Shown piece after piece: positions 9,758-19,678 of a stretch of DNA of 64,000 nucleotides. The stretch is from contig SDNY01000001.1 in assembly GCA_004524535.1 (NCBI GenBank), positions 32,001 through 96,000 on the forward strand, written 5' to 3'. Each line of letters starts with the position of its first letter. The first letter of the stretch is position 1. Made by a program: the position numbers and the translations under genes. A model generated the notes under the pieces. The model had not been told where the DNA came from. It worked only from the letters and a program-made list of their open reading frames with translations, and searched no databases. Source of the stretch: Promethearchaeota archaeon. Lineage in GTDB: Archaea > Asgardarchaeota > Lokiarchaeia > Sigyniarchaeales > SOKP01.

Positions 9758-11203
9758 ATGAAAATCAATCTCATTAACGCTGCGCCTTCAAAGATTAAGG
9801 ATGGTCAATTTGAGACATTATTTTATGCTTCTGCTCCTCCTTTAGGATTATTATACCTTGCTACATATTTAAAAGATAAAGGTCATAAAATCTCTATTTT
9901 AGATCAAGCAGCTGTTAATTATGAAAATAGTGATGTAATTGACTGGGTCAAAAAAGCAGATCCAGATGTAGTAGGGTTTTCAGTTATCTGCGCATCTATA
10001 GATAATACTAAAATAATCTCTAAAACATTAAAAAGTTGGAATCCAAATCTGAAAATCATTTTTGGTAATTATCTCTCAACATTCTATGCAAGAAAAATCT
10101 TAGAAAACTATGACTGGGTAGATATTTGTGTGAGAGGGGATGGTGAAATGATATTTTCAGAGCTTATTGAAAAAATCGAATTGAATAATGATTTCAATGA
10201 AGTCGATGGAATAACGTACAAGTACAATAGTAAAATTAGAGAGAATCAGAATCGTCGATTATTAAAAAACCTTGACATATTACCGTTTCCTGATCGTAAA
10301 TTGATCCCAAATATCTATAAGAATCGAATCGGTGGAATTGATGTTTCACCACGAAAATTTACTACGATGGTTTCTTCTCGAGGATGCCCTTTTGGATGTA
10401 ATTTCTGCGCATGTACAGCATTTTCTCAAGGCGTTTGGAGAACTCGATCTGTAAATAATATCTTTGAAGAGATTTGTGAATTATCAAATCAAGGTTTTCA
10501 AGAAATACTTTTTGTTGATGATAATTTCACATTGAATATGAAAAGAATCGTCGAGCTATGTAATAAAATTATGAAAGAAAAACTGGATATGGTATTTGTA
10601 TGTGATGGAAGAGTAAACAATAGCTCTATTAATTTACTAAGAACTATGAAAAAAGCAAAATTTGAAATTATAATGTTTGGATTAGAAAGTAGTTCTCAAA
10701 GAATGTTAGATTTTTATAATAAAAGAATAACACCACAGATGAGCAAAACTGCTGTAAAAAATGCGCGTAAAGCGGGTTTTAAGATGATAGTTGGGTCATT
10801 TATGATTGGTGGATTTGATGAAACCTATACTGAGGCAATCAATACTCTTAGATTTATTTCAAAACTCGATATTGATTTCCCTCATATAATTTTTACTCGA
10901 GCATTACCTGGAACTCAACTTTTTAATAGTATGATTCAAAAAAATATTATTGATGAAAATCAATATTGGGAAAGGGGCGTAGATTTAATTGATTTACCTG
11001 GAGCAAAAATGAAACGGGACGTAATTTTTAAAATAATAAAAGAACAATTCCATCTAAATTTTTTCAGACCTAAATATTTAGTTAAGGCTTTATTACGAAC
11101 ATTAACAAGTAAATATAGACAAGAAATGTTTTCAAGTCATCTAAATTTTCGTGATATAGATAAATTTATTAAATTAATCAATAATCCACCTGATTTATTT
11201 TAA
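9758..11203 (+). CDS. Cobalamin-dependent radical SAM enzyme (class B methyltransferase-like)
   Basis: PPLGLLYLA, RGDGE, SRGCPFGCNFC, DDNF, GLES; AGGAG RBS at 9743-9747. Confidence 0.92.
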   Translation: MKINLINAAPSKIKDGQFETLFYASAPPLGLLYLATYLKDKGHKISILDQAAVNYENSDVIDWVKKADPDVVGFSVICASIDNTKIISKTLKSWNPNLKIIFGNYLSTFYARKILENYDWVDICVRGDGEMIFSELIEKIELNNDFNEVDGITYKYNSKIRENQNRRLLKNLDILPFPDRKLIPNIYKNRIGGIDVSPRKFTTMVSSRGCPFGCNFCACTAFSQGVWRTRSVNNIFEEICELSNQGFQEILFVDDNFTLNMKRIVELCNKIMKEKLDMVFVCDGRVNNSSINLLRTMKKAKFEIIMFGLESSSQRMLDFYNKRITPQMSKTAVKNARKAGFKMIVGSFMIGGFDETYTEAINTLRFISKLDIDFPHIIFTRALPGTQLFNSMIQKNIIDENQYWERGVDLIDLPGAKMKRDVIFKIIKEQFHLNFFRPKYLVKALLRTLTSKYRQEMFSSHLNFRDIDKFIKLINNPPDLF

Positions 11204-11229
11204 GGAGTAATTTATTGAGTGAGATATAA

Positions 11230-12735
11230 TTGAAAATTGCATTAATTAATCCAAGTTTAGAGGAAAAGATCTATTCTCCGTGGCCTCCTTTAGGGATCCT
11301 TTATTTAGGAACAATATTAACAGAGAATGGGTTTACAGTTGAATTATTAGATGCGGCAGCAAAGTTTTATGGAAAAAATGATGTATTAAACTGGATTAAA
11401 CGGGTAAAACCCGATATAGTTGGTATATCCGTCTTTACAGTAGCATTTTTACCCGTAATTAATCTAATTAAAGTAATCAAAGACTGGAATCCTTCTATAA
11501 TAATCGTGCTGGGGCATTATCACCCTACTATGGAGGCAGAGAATATACTTCGCAAATATGGGGATTATGTTGACTACTGCGTGAGAGGGGAAGGAGAATA
11601 TACCTTTTTAGAATTATGTGAATTTTTAGATAAGAATATTAATAATTTACCAAATGATATTAAGGGGCTTGCGTTTCAATATTCTAATAAGAAAATTATC
11701 TTAACTCCAGATGCTCCTTTAATAACCGATTTAGATGATCTTCCTTTTCCAGATAGAAAATTACTTGATTTTAATTATAAATGGAATTTTTCTGGATTTG
11801 AATTTTCAAAATCAAAGATTACTTCAATCATTTCTTCTCGAGGGTGTCCATTTAATTGTTCTTATTGTGCGTGTACTAAATTTGCAAAACGCCGATTTCG
11901 ACCAAGAAGTCCTGAAAATATAGTAAATGAAATACTTTTAGTAGCAGATCAAGGGTATTCGCAAATAAACTTTGTTGATGATAACTTCACTTTACAACCA
12001 AAAAGAACAATAAAGATTTGTCAATTAATAAAAAAAGAGAAAATTGATATTTACTGGCATACGGATGGTCGAGTTGACCAAACTTCTCAAGATATGTTGA
12101 AACAGATGAAAAAAGCCGGATGCAAATCAATATGGTTTGGATTTGAAAGTGCAAATCAGCGGATACTGAACCTCTATAATAAAAGAACTAAAGTGTCTCA
12201 ATTCTATGAAGCTATTCGTAAAACACGGAAAGCAAATATTGAATTAATTGTTGGATTATTTATGCTTGGCGCTCCCACAGAGACGATTGCTGAAGTTAAA
12301 AATACAATAAAATTTGCTGTAGATTCTGATATTGATGTTCCCTTTTTCAATGTTGTTGAGATTTTTTCAGGAACAAAATTTTGGGATGATTATAATTCTA
12401 ACGGAATAATTAATCAATATGATAACGTAAAAGCTTTAGTAGGTACAGAAATCCAAGAAGCCGAACGATGGGAAACAACAACCAGAGTGATGGATTTCCT
12501 ATTATCTCCAGAAGAACGAGAAAAAATGTTAATTGAAATCCAAAATGCATACCAAACATTTTTTTCTTTTGAGAGAAAGATGATATTTTTATGGAAGATG
12601 CTCTATAGAACAGTAAGAAGTAAATTTATGCTAAATATGGCATATAACATTGTGAGAAATTTTAAAGAAGCTTTTGGAGCTATATCAGCATTCAGGAATT
12701 CTAAACCTCGAGGTTTTGGGACATATGATGAGTAA
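11230..12735 (+). CDS. Cobalamin-dependent radical SAM enzyme
   Basis: PPLGILYL, GHYHPT, RGEGE, SRGCPFNCSYC, DDNF, GFES. Confidence 0.92.
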   Translation: MKIALINPSLEEKIYSPWPPLGILYLGTILTENGFTVELLDAAAKFYGKNDVLNWIKRVKPDIVGISVFTVAFLPVINLIKVIKDWNPSIIIVLGHYHPTMEAENILRKYGDYVDYCVRGEGEYTFLELCEFLDKNINNLPNDIKGLAFQYSNKKIILTPDAPLITDLDDLPFPDRKLLDFNYKWNFSGFEFSKSKITSIISSRGCPFNCSYCACTKFAKRRFRPRSPENIVNEILLVADQGYSQINFVDDNFTLQPKRTIKICQLIKKEKIDIYWHTDGRVDQTSQDMLKQMKKAGCKSIWFGFESANQRILNLYNKRTKVSQFYEAIRKTRKANIELIVGLFMLGAPTETIAEVKNTIKFAVDSDIDVPFFNVVEIFSGTKFWDDYNSNGIINQYDNVKALVGTEIQEAERWETTTRVMDFLLSPEEREKMLIEIQNAYQTFFSFERKMIFLWKMLYRTVRSKFMLNMAYNIVRNFKEAFGAISAFRNSKPRGFGTYDE

Positions 12736-12793
12736 AAGTATTGCATTTCATTATTAGAGATTATAATAGAAAACTTAATAATAATAAAAAAAA

Positions 12794-14233
12794 ATGAAGA
12801 TTGCTTTAATTTTTCCAGTTCCAATGGATCTGCAACGAGAAGATCCAAGGCCTATGTTTTCAAGTTTTGCTGAACCTCTAGGATTATTATATATCGCGGG
12901 GGTTTTAATGGAGCATGGATATGATGTATCGATTTTAGATCATGGAGCAACAAATTATACTTTCGAAGATGTATTAAATTGGATAAAAAAACAGAATCCG
13001 GATATTCTAGGTATTTCTGTTCTAACAAGATCTTTTCAATCTGGAATAACAATAGCGAAGTTAGCAAAAGATTGGAATCCAAGTCTTACTATAATTTTAG
13101 GTAATTATCAAACTGTCTGCGCTGAAAAGATATTAAATAAGTATAATTTCATAGATTTTTGTGTTCGAGGTGAAGGTGAATACACAATGCAAGAATTATT
13201 ACCTTTGATTCGAAAAAATAACACCGATTACGAGAGTATTAAAGGAATCTATTATAGAAAAAATGGAATTGTCAAATCAACTATGCCTCGTGTATTAGAA
13301 AAGGATCTTGATAGGTTTCCAATTCCAGACCGTACATTAATTAAGGGAGCTAGATACAAGATGTCTATGGGAGGATTAGAGCTTTCTAAAGCAAAATCGG
13401 GAACTATTATGATGAGCCGAGGATGTCCTTATCAATGCCGGTTCTGTTCAGTTAATCATGAGAGTTGGCGACATAGATCAGCTGATAATGTTATTCAAGA
13501 ATTACATCTCTTGGAATCTCAAGGATATCGAGAAATTATGATTATGGATGATAATTTTACCATAAATCCCAAATGGGTAATTGAAATATGTAAAAAAATT
13601 ATAAAAGAAAAAATCGATCTTATTTTTCATTGCGAAGCCAGAATTGAAGGAACTAAGGAAATGTATGAATATATGAATAGGGCTAATGTTAAGACTATTT
13701 TTTATGGAATGGAGAGTGGTAGTCAACGTGTATTAGACTATTATCAGAAAAACATAACCCCTTCTCAAAGCAAATTGGCGTTAAAAAAAGCCCGTAGCGC
13801 TGGTATTGATATGCTATTTGCTTCATTTATCATTGGGGCGCCTATCGAAAAAATTAGTGATATACAAAAAACTGTAAATTTTGCGCTAAATTTAGATATT
13901 GATTATGCTATGTTTCACATATTTGAAGTGTTTCCTGGTATTCAAATATGGGATGAATTAGTTGAACAAAATAAGGTGGACGAGGAAAAACACTGGGAAA
14001 CTGGCGTTCGAGTAGCTGAGCTTCCATTTTATAATATCGAACTGGAATTTTTAATAGATGTAATAAGAAGAACATATAGAAAATTCTATTCAATATCAAG
14101 ACCAAAATTTCTTTTCACACAATTTCTTAGGTCATTAAAAAGTCAATATCGTCGTAATAAATTGAGAGATTTCGGTAAAGATTTTCGATCTTCCATAAGG
14201 ATGTTGGATTCTTTGAGCGAAAAACGATTTTAA
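12794..14233 (+). CDS. Cobalamin-dependent radical SAM enzyme
   Basis: EPLGLLYIA, RGEGE, SRGCPYQCRFC, DDNF, GMESG. Confidence 0.92.
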   Translation: MKIALIFPVPMDLQREDPRPMFSSFAEPLGLLYIAGVLMEHGYDVSILDHGATNYTFEDVLNWIKKQNPDILGISVLTRSFQSGITIAKLAKDWNPSLTIILGNYQTVCAEKILNKYNFIDFCVRGEGEYTMQELLPLIRKNNTDYESIKGIYYRKNGIVKSTMPRVLEKDLDRFPIPDRTLIKGARYKMSMGGLELSKAKSGTIMMSRGCPYQCRFCSVNHESWRHRSADNVIQELHLLESQGYREIMIMDDNFTINPKWVIEICKKIIKEKIDLIFHCEARIEGTKEMYEYMNRANVKTIFYGMESGSQRVLDYYQKNITPSQSKLALKKARSAGIDMLFASFIIGAPIEKISDIQKTVNFALNLDIDYAMFHIFEVFPGIQIWDELVEQNKVDEEKHWETGVRVAELPFYNIELEFLIDVIRRTYRKFYSISRPKFLFTQFLRSLKSQYRRNKLRDFGKDFRSSIRMLDSLSEKRF

Positions 14234-14238
14234 TTTTG

Positions 14239-14709
14239 TTAATAATGAGTGATAAGTACTGTACACAGTCCTATTGCATTTAAAATAATCCCAAATATTC
14301 CAAGAACGCCTCCCTCATCTCCTGCCTTTTTAATATATCCTTTTGAAAGAATTCCTAAAGTTAATCCTCCACTATGAAGTGTTATCATCACTGTCAGAAC
14401 AGTAGCTCTCCATCGATAATATTTCAGTGTCCATAAATCTGGTCTTGTAAGTAGAAATATTGGACCAATTAAAATTAAACTTAATAATCCTATAAGAAAA
14501 GATGATATTGCAAAGAGAGAATACAATGTTGAATAGAACCCTCCTTTCTTGTAAGACATCTGGTACAGTGCACTAGCTTTTGATGTATTTTGGGTGCTCT
14601 CAGGTCTTATTTGAGGAAATATAGAAGAGATTAGATTTTCTTTACCACAGTTATGGCAAAACTTCTGATTTGGATTATTTAATTCTGTACCACAATTAGC
14701 ACAATACAT
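14239..14709 (-). CDS. Zinc-ribbon membrane protein
   Basis: N-terminal CANCG...FCHNCG followed by about 3 TM helices; paralog of 14821..15351. Confidence 0.8.
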   Translation of the reverse strand: MYCANCGTELNNPNQKFCHNCGKENLISSIFPQIRPESTQNTSKASALYQMSYKKGGFYSTLYSLFAISSFLIGLLSLILIGPIFLLTRPDLWTLKYYRWRATVLTVMITLHSGGLTLGILSKGYIKKAGDEGGVLGIFGIILNAIGLCTVLITHY

Positions 14710-14820
14710 ATTTGCACCTCTTTAATTGATTTTTGTAAAAAAAAAACCAATTAAATCTTCAATTCCATATTAAAAAATTTCATATTTATACTAATAAATT
14801 TTGATGATATTATATATAAT

Positions 14821-15351
14821 CTATAAAAAGAAACCTAGAACTATAAAGGCACCGCCTAAAGATATACAATTTAAAACAATGCCAAAAATTAAAAAAACAC
14901 TTCCGACCTTCTCTAAGGGATTGTTAGGTTCAAGTTCTATTGCTTTTTTACTAAATACTTTTGATAAAATCCCTAATATTAATCCAACTCCATTAATTAT
15001 CAGAATTACAATCCCTATTATAATTATTGTAGCAAAATCAATTCTATAATAATTACGAGAGATTAGAGATAATATTAAATAACTCAAAACGTTTGCACCT
15101 AAAATAAAGGTGATTACTACTAAAACAATAGAAACAATTGATAATACAAAACATTTAATTGAATAAGGCCCTGGTCTATCTTGATTAACAACTGGTTTTT
15201 CCATGCTAATTGTTTGTTTTGGTATTGCTGCTGGTATATATCTAGCTTGTACTTGAGGTGCTCCAGAAGTTAATTTAATTCTATATCCACAGCTATAGCA
15301 GAAATTTTGATTAGAAGTTTTTATTTCTACGCCACAGTTAGGACAAAACAT
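14821..15351 (-). CDS. Zinc-ribbon membrane protein
   Basis: N-terminal CPNCG...FCYSCG and about 3 TM helices; shares GLxLGILSK and IFGI(I/V)LN with its neighbour. Confidence 0.8.
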   Translation of the reverse strand: MFCPNCGVEIKTSNQNFCYSCGYRIKLTSGAPQVQARYIPAAIPKQTISMEKPVVNQDRPGPYSIKCFVLSIVSIVLVVITFILGANVLSYLILSLISRNYYRIDFATIIIIGIVILIINGVGLILGILSKVFSKKAIELEPNNPLEKVGSVFLIFGIVLNCISLGGAFIVLGFFL

Positions 15352-15466
15352 AATTTAATCTCTAAAATAATTTTTTATTATTCAAATTGGATTTAATTAA
15401 TAATATAACTTTATATTTTTAAATTTTAATGTCAGATCAAAAATCTGGAGATATTATTAAATAGTC

Positions 15467-16561
15467 TTAAAATTTCTTATCAACTTCTTCCTTTTCTGAT
15501 TCAGTTAGTTGTCGCACTACTTTAGCGGGAGAACCAAAAGCAATTGAATATGGTGGAATATCCTCAGACACAACTGAATTAGATCCAATAATCGATCCTC
15601 GACCAATGGTAACACCAGGTAATACAAGTGAATAAGCACCAATTCTTGCATTTTCACACACTTTAATAGGTCCGAAACTGAAGCTTCCATGTTTTATATG
15701 CATTGCATTATGAGTTAATAGTTTTACACCAATCCCACATCCACTACCATCTTCAAATTCAATTAATTCAGGTAAAAGTGGATCAGGTATAGCCTTTTGA
15801 GAAATATGGCAATTTCTTCCGATTTTCATCCCTAAAAATCGAAATAATTTGTTTCTAGCACGTGGCCACCCAGCTAAATAGGTGACAAGTAAGGAGAATA
15901 AATGATTAAATGCACCCCTTACAAACCATGAAACAGAAAAACCCCTACTCTGTAGGTATTTTGCAATGATTAACATTGGGATAGGTGTGAAGAGATATTC
16001 ATCAGTTTCAATATTAACATATGTTATTTTCCCCTTAACTTCAATTTCAAATTTAGGTCTTTTATGCTTCCAAATTTTTTTCGCTTTGTTCAAATCCTTC
16101 AAAAAGATATAGAAATCCACTATTACTATGATTAGGATTAAACTCAATACAAAATTGATAGGTAAAAAGAGCAAACATAACATTAGCCTTGTATTAAGAG
16201 CTAGATTTTTATTAAATAATATACTAAAATGGGCATAATAAATTACAAAGAAGGTAACTACTACAAATCCTAGCAAACTGGAGACATATATTCGTGAACC
16301 AAACAATTGCTTTGATTTTGCGATGTTATATCCTAAAACATAAAATAGAAGAAAAACTGCATAAGCAATAATAACACCCCCATATATAAACATACTATAT
16401 TCATAGAAAACAAATGATAACCCAAATACTATATAAATATAAATTTCATCCATCCATGTAATTGAAAAGAATATTCGATGTATTACAAGCAGAATAACAA
16501 ATATAACGTTGGAGAGTAACAATAGAAATGAAATAATAAATCCTTTCTTCATATTTTCCAA
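15467..16561 (-). CDS. Membrane-anchored hexapeptide-repeat (left-handed beta-helix) acyltransferase
   Basis: About 4 N-terminal TM helices; C-terminal GMKIGRNCHI...LLTH...RIGAYSLVLPGVTIGRGSIIGSNSVV...GSPAKV. Confidence 0.85.
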   Translation of the reverse strand: MENMKKGFIISFLLLLSNVIFVILLVIHRIFFSITWMDEIYIYIVFGLSFVFYEYSMFIYGGVIIAYAVFLLFYVLGYNIAKSKQLFGSRIYVSSLLGFVVVTFFVIYYAHFSILFNKNLALNTRLMLCLLFLPINFVLSLILIIVIVDFYIFLKDLNKAKKIWKHKRPKFEIEVKGKITYVNIETDEYLFTPIPMLIIAKYLQSRGFSVSWFVRGAFNHLFSLLVTYLAGWPRARNKLFRFLGMKIGRNCHISQKAIPDPLLPELIEFEDGSGCGIGVKLLTHNAMHIKHGSFSFGPIKVCENARIGAYSLVLPGVTIGRGSIIGSNSVVSEDIPPYSIAFGSPAKVVRQLTESEKEEVDKKF

Positions 16562-16639
16562 TATCTGATGATCGATTTAAATATTTTGTAGAATAATAAG
16601 AAATCATCTTCTAATAATAAATATATTTTTCATTCTCAC

Positions 16640-17389
16640 ATGATTAAACCTAAAATATCGGTAATAATTCCAACATACAACGAGGAGAATAATATAAAAG
16701 AGACCTTATTAGCCGTTAAAAAACAATTATGTGATTTTCCATATGAGATTATAGTCACCGATGGACAAAGCTCAGATAAAACAGTTTCTATAGCACAAAA
16801 TTTTGCAAAAGTAATTATATCACCCCAAAAAGGTAAGGCATTTCAATTAAATTATGCAACACCAAAAACATCAGGTGACTTACTACTTTTTTTAGATGCA
16901 GATACATTTATAGGACCCTTTTTTTTACAAAGAATTTACCGAATTTTTGAGAAACACAAAAATCTTTTTGCTTGTAGTGCTAGATTTAAATATTACGATG
17001 GAATTGCTCTTGCTTTTAAATTAGGTTCCAAGAGGTTCACCATTACGAATTATTTTTTTCTTAATATCAATATGCACTTATACTATTTTTTTAAAACCTT
17101 ATTTGGATATCCTGAACTTTCAGGATCTAATATAATTGTGAGAAGAGATATCTTCTTTAAAGCGGGAGGATTTAAACAAACGCCAAGTTCATTGGGGATC
17201 GATAAAGTTTTTTCAGATTCTTTATTATATCTAATTAAAAAAATGAAAGCAGGAAAAGTTAGAACACTTAATTTTGTTTCAGTATTGACAAGCGGAAGAC
17301 ATTTAAATGTTCGTCGTAGTTTTAAACGTATTAGTCAATATCATTCAAAAAAAGATATTTATTATAAATTAGCAAAAGAAATAGGATAA
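16640..17389 (+). CDS. GT2 family glycosyltransferase
   Basis: SVIIPTYNEE, DGQSSD, FLDADT, GGF. Confidence 0.9.
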   Translation: MIKPKISVIIPTYNEENNIKETLLAVKKQLCDFPYEIIVTDGQSSDKTVSIAQNFAKVIISPQKGKAFQLNYATPKTSGDLLLFLDADTFIGPFFLQRIYRIFEKHKNLFACSARFKYYDGIALAFKLGSKRFTITNYFFLNINMHLYYFFKTLFGYPELSGSNIIVRRDIFFKAGGFKQTPSSLGIDKVFSDSLLYLIKKMKAGKVRTLNFVSVLTSGRHLNVRRSFKRISQYHSKKDIYYKLAKEIG

Positions 17390-17432
17390 AATTATTAAAA
17401 GACCTTTTATCTTGATTATATTCTTATCATTT

Positions 17433-18623
17433 CTATAATTTAAATGCACTTGAATTAAATAAAGAACTGCAACCTTTTCCAATTGAGGGGGTTAATCGTC
17501 CCATTATTCTAAAAATAGCACCTTCTCTACCGCATTCGGGACATTTATCCCAGTTTTCTACTTGAGCAAGATCATCTAATAATACAGCTACACCGGCATA
17601 ATTATCTACTCCATAGGGTGTTATTAGTTCTAAAATTCCAGTCTCTCCTGTCTTTCTTATTGACTCTAAAGTATCTTTATCACGGATTACAATTCTACCT
17701 TTGTTTTTGTCAACATGGAGTATAAAATCGTTATATTTTTTTGACCAATGACCTCCACATGCTAATGGACTTTCAGTAGCAGCAAAATTATCACAGAATT
17801 TGTCCGGCGTAATATTGAACATATCACACATTTTTTCAATAAATTCTGGTTTTTCAACCTGATATCCAATTATAACTCGACCTTTGGTTCCATCCCAACC
17901 TCCACCTCCAGTAATAATATTAAAATGACCACTCATATCGAAGGTTCTTTTTTCTTTTTCATAATAATCACTTAAGACTCTATGCATCCATATCGGAGAA
18001 TTGGCCATAATTGTTGGAATTTTATTCTTCTCTACCCGATTGAGTTCTTTTTTTAAATCTTTACCACTAATCCCAATAGCAGCTCTCATTTTACCTGTTT
18101 TAAAAAAATTCTTGAGTGTATGACCCAAAAAGAATTGTAATAAAAAGCTAACATGCTTTCCCTCCCATATATCAACAACAGCCTTATACAAAAGATATGC
18201 GTTCTTTTCATAGAATTTGTGTCTTATTGAGTTAATCATATATAATTTTGGGGCAAACAGAATTAAATTGTTGATTTTGTCTTTGATTGAAAATGAATTA
18301 AAAACATCATTATAATTTGTTTTTAAAACTTCAAGATCGCTTTCAAGTCTACCAACAACACTAGGATCTCCTGAAGTTGAGGAAGATTCCAACCAAAAGT
18401 CCAATTTTTCGAAAGTGTTCCCTCGTAATAATTCTTTAAATTTGTCATTAGATTTTTTGAAATACACCCACGGTATATATGGTATTTCACCAAGATTAGA
18501 TTCATTTAAAATCGTATTGAAATCATATTCAACTTCATTACAACGGTCCTTATATATCTTACAATCCTTTGCAGTTTCCTTTACAATATTTGATAAATCT
18601 TCATAAAATCCGTTTGAACTCAT
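17433..18623 (-). CDS. LuxE-like acyl-protein synthetase (second paralog)
   Basis: SSSTSG, GGGGWDG, FAATE, GGHWSKKY, TPYGV, CPECG...FRIMGR, GKGCSSL; clear paralog of 8353..9687. Confidence 0.8.
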   Translation of the reverse strand: MSSNGFYEDLSNIVKETAKDCKIYKDRCNEVEYDFNTILNESNLGEIPYIPWVYFKKSNDKFKELLRGNTFEKLDFWLESSSTSGDPSVVGRLESDLEVLKTNYNDVFNSFSIKDKINNLILFAPKLYMINSIRHKFYEKNAYLLYKAVVDIWEGKHVSFLLQFFLGHTLKNFFKTGKMRAAIGISGKDLKKELNRVEKNKIPTIMANSPIWMHRVLSDYYEKEKRTFDMSGHFNIITGGGGWDGTKGRVIIGYQVEKPEFIEKMCDMFNITPDKFCDNFAATESPLACGGHWSKKYNDFILHVDKNKGRIVIRDKDTLESIRKTGETGILELITPYGVDNYAGVAVLLDDLAQVENWDKCPECGREGAIFRIMGRLTPSIGKGCSSLFNSSAFKL

Positions 18624-18726
18624 TGAAATACCTCTTTTAATACAAAAATATACTTTATTAAGTGTATTTGTTATTTAATTTTTTGCTTGTTCTTAAATAA
18701 AATGTAGATTTTCTGAACTCACCATA

Positions 18727-19446
18727 TTAAACCTTGCTATGAATCCAGTCTAATATTTCTTCAACTTGCTTTCCCTCGAAACTATGTCCTCCATCTTTAA
18801 TGAGTAAGTATCGATCCTTACTTAAATTGTATTTTTCTATTAATTTTTTTCCAGTTTTTTCGAATGGTACGTATACGTCCTTCATTCCATGAATAATGAA
18901 TACCTTTTTTATGATCTCGTCATTTAAATGATATTTAGGCATGAGAAGTGTTTTTCCCTTCGTGACAAACCCTATAAATTTTTTGAACCAATAAGGTGCA
19001 CTTAATTGTTCCTTAATTTTGCCTAAAATCCCTTTCCCTATTGATACTAAAGATTGGTTTTGTTTCTTTTTTCCTTCTTCCTCCAAAAAATCTTCAATTG
19101 AATACAATGAAGACATGGCAAAAACTAAATCAACTTTTGGATTTTGTATTCCAATTGTTAAGGATGCTACGGCACCCATACTATGACCAATTAAGATTAC
19201 CCGATCTGGCCCTTTGTCTCTCTCCTCCATTTTGCTGATTGCTACATCAATTACATATTGAATATCACGGATTTGACTTTCAAGGTCTAATTGTGAACCT
19301 TTACTTTTACCAATCCCTCTCAGATCATAAGAAAATGTCGAATATCCGTATTTTTCCTCTAACGGCTCACAATATTTTTCCGCATCGACAGTGTTGCCCC
19401 TTGATCCTGGAGCATAAATAATTAAATCTCTACCACAACCTGCCAT
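18727..19446 (-). CDS. Alpha/beta hydrolase (serine esterase/thioesterase-like); true start probably upstream of 19446
   Basis: YDLRGIGKS, GHSMG nucleophile elbow, HGMKD and GGH triad residues; the frame stays open upstream to about 19509 (IFFKTKDGTLLHG). Confidence 0.88.
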   Translation of the reverse strand: MAGCGRDLIIYAPGSRGNTVDAEKYCEPLEEKYGYSTFSYDLRGIGKSKGSQLDLESQIRDIQYVIDVAISKMEERDKGPDRVILIGHSMGAVASLTIGIQNPKVDLVFAMSSLYSIEDFLEEEGKKKQNQSLVSIGKGILGKIKEQLSAPYWFKKFIGFVTKGKTLLMPKYHLNDEIIKKVFIIHGMKDVYVPFEKTGKKLIEKYNLSKDRYLLIKDGGHSFEGKQVEEILDWIHSKV

Positions 19447-19678
19447 CCGACCATGTAATAGGGTTCCATCTTTAGTTTTAAAAAAAATGTTATTTTCACC
19501 TAAATTCTTTCAATTCTATAAATTTTTAAAACTTTCTGATTTTTCAGCACTTTCAATTTATAGTGTTACACTTATTAATGATTTAGTCAAGATTAAAAAA
19601 TTATTTAAGATTCCAAAAAAGAATGCATAATATCATTACATAAAAAATACTTTAAATACGAATAAGTTCATCAAAATA

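Noticed and set aside
8353-18623. Bioluminescence (lux) operon
   Set aside because: Only LuxE-like genes are present; there is no luxA/B/C.
19510-19512. In-frame TGA upstream of the hydrolase as a selenocysteine codon
   Set aside because: A TAG lies two codons further upstream with no start codon between, and the position is not a catalytic Cys site.
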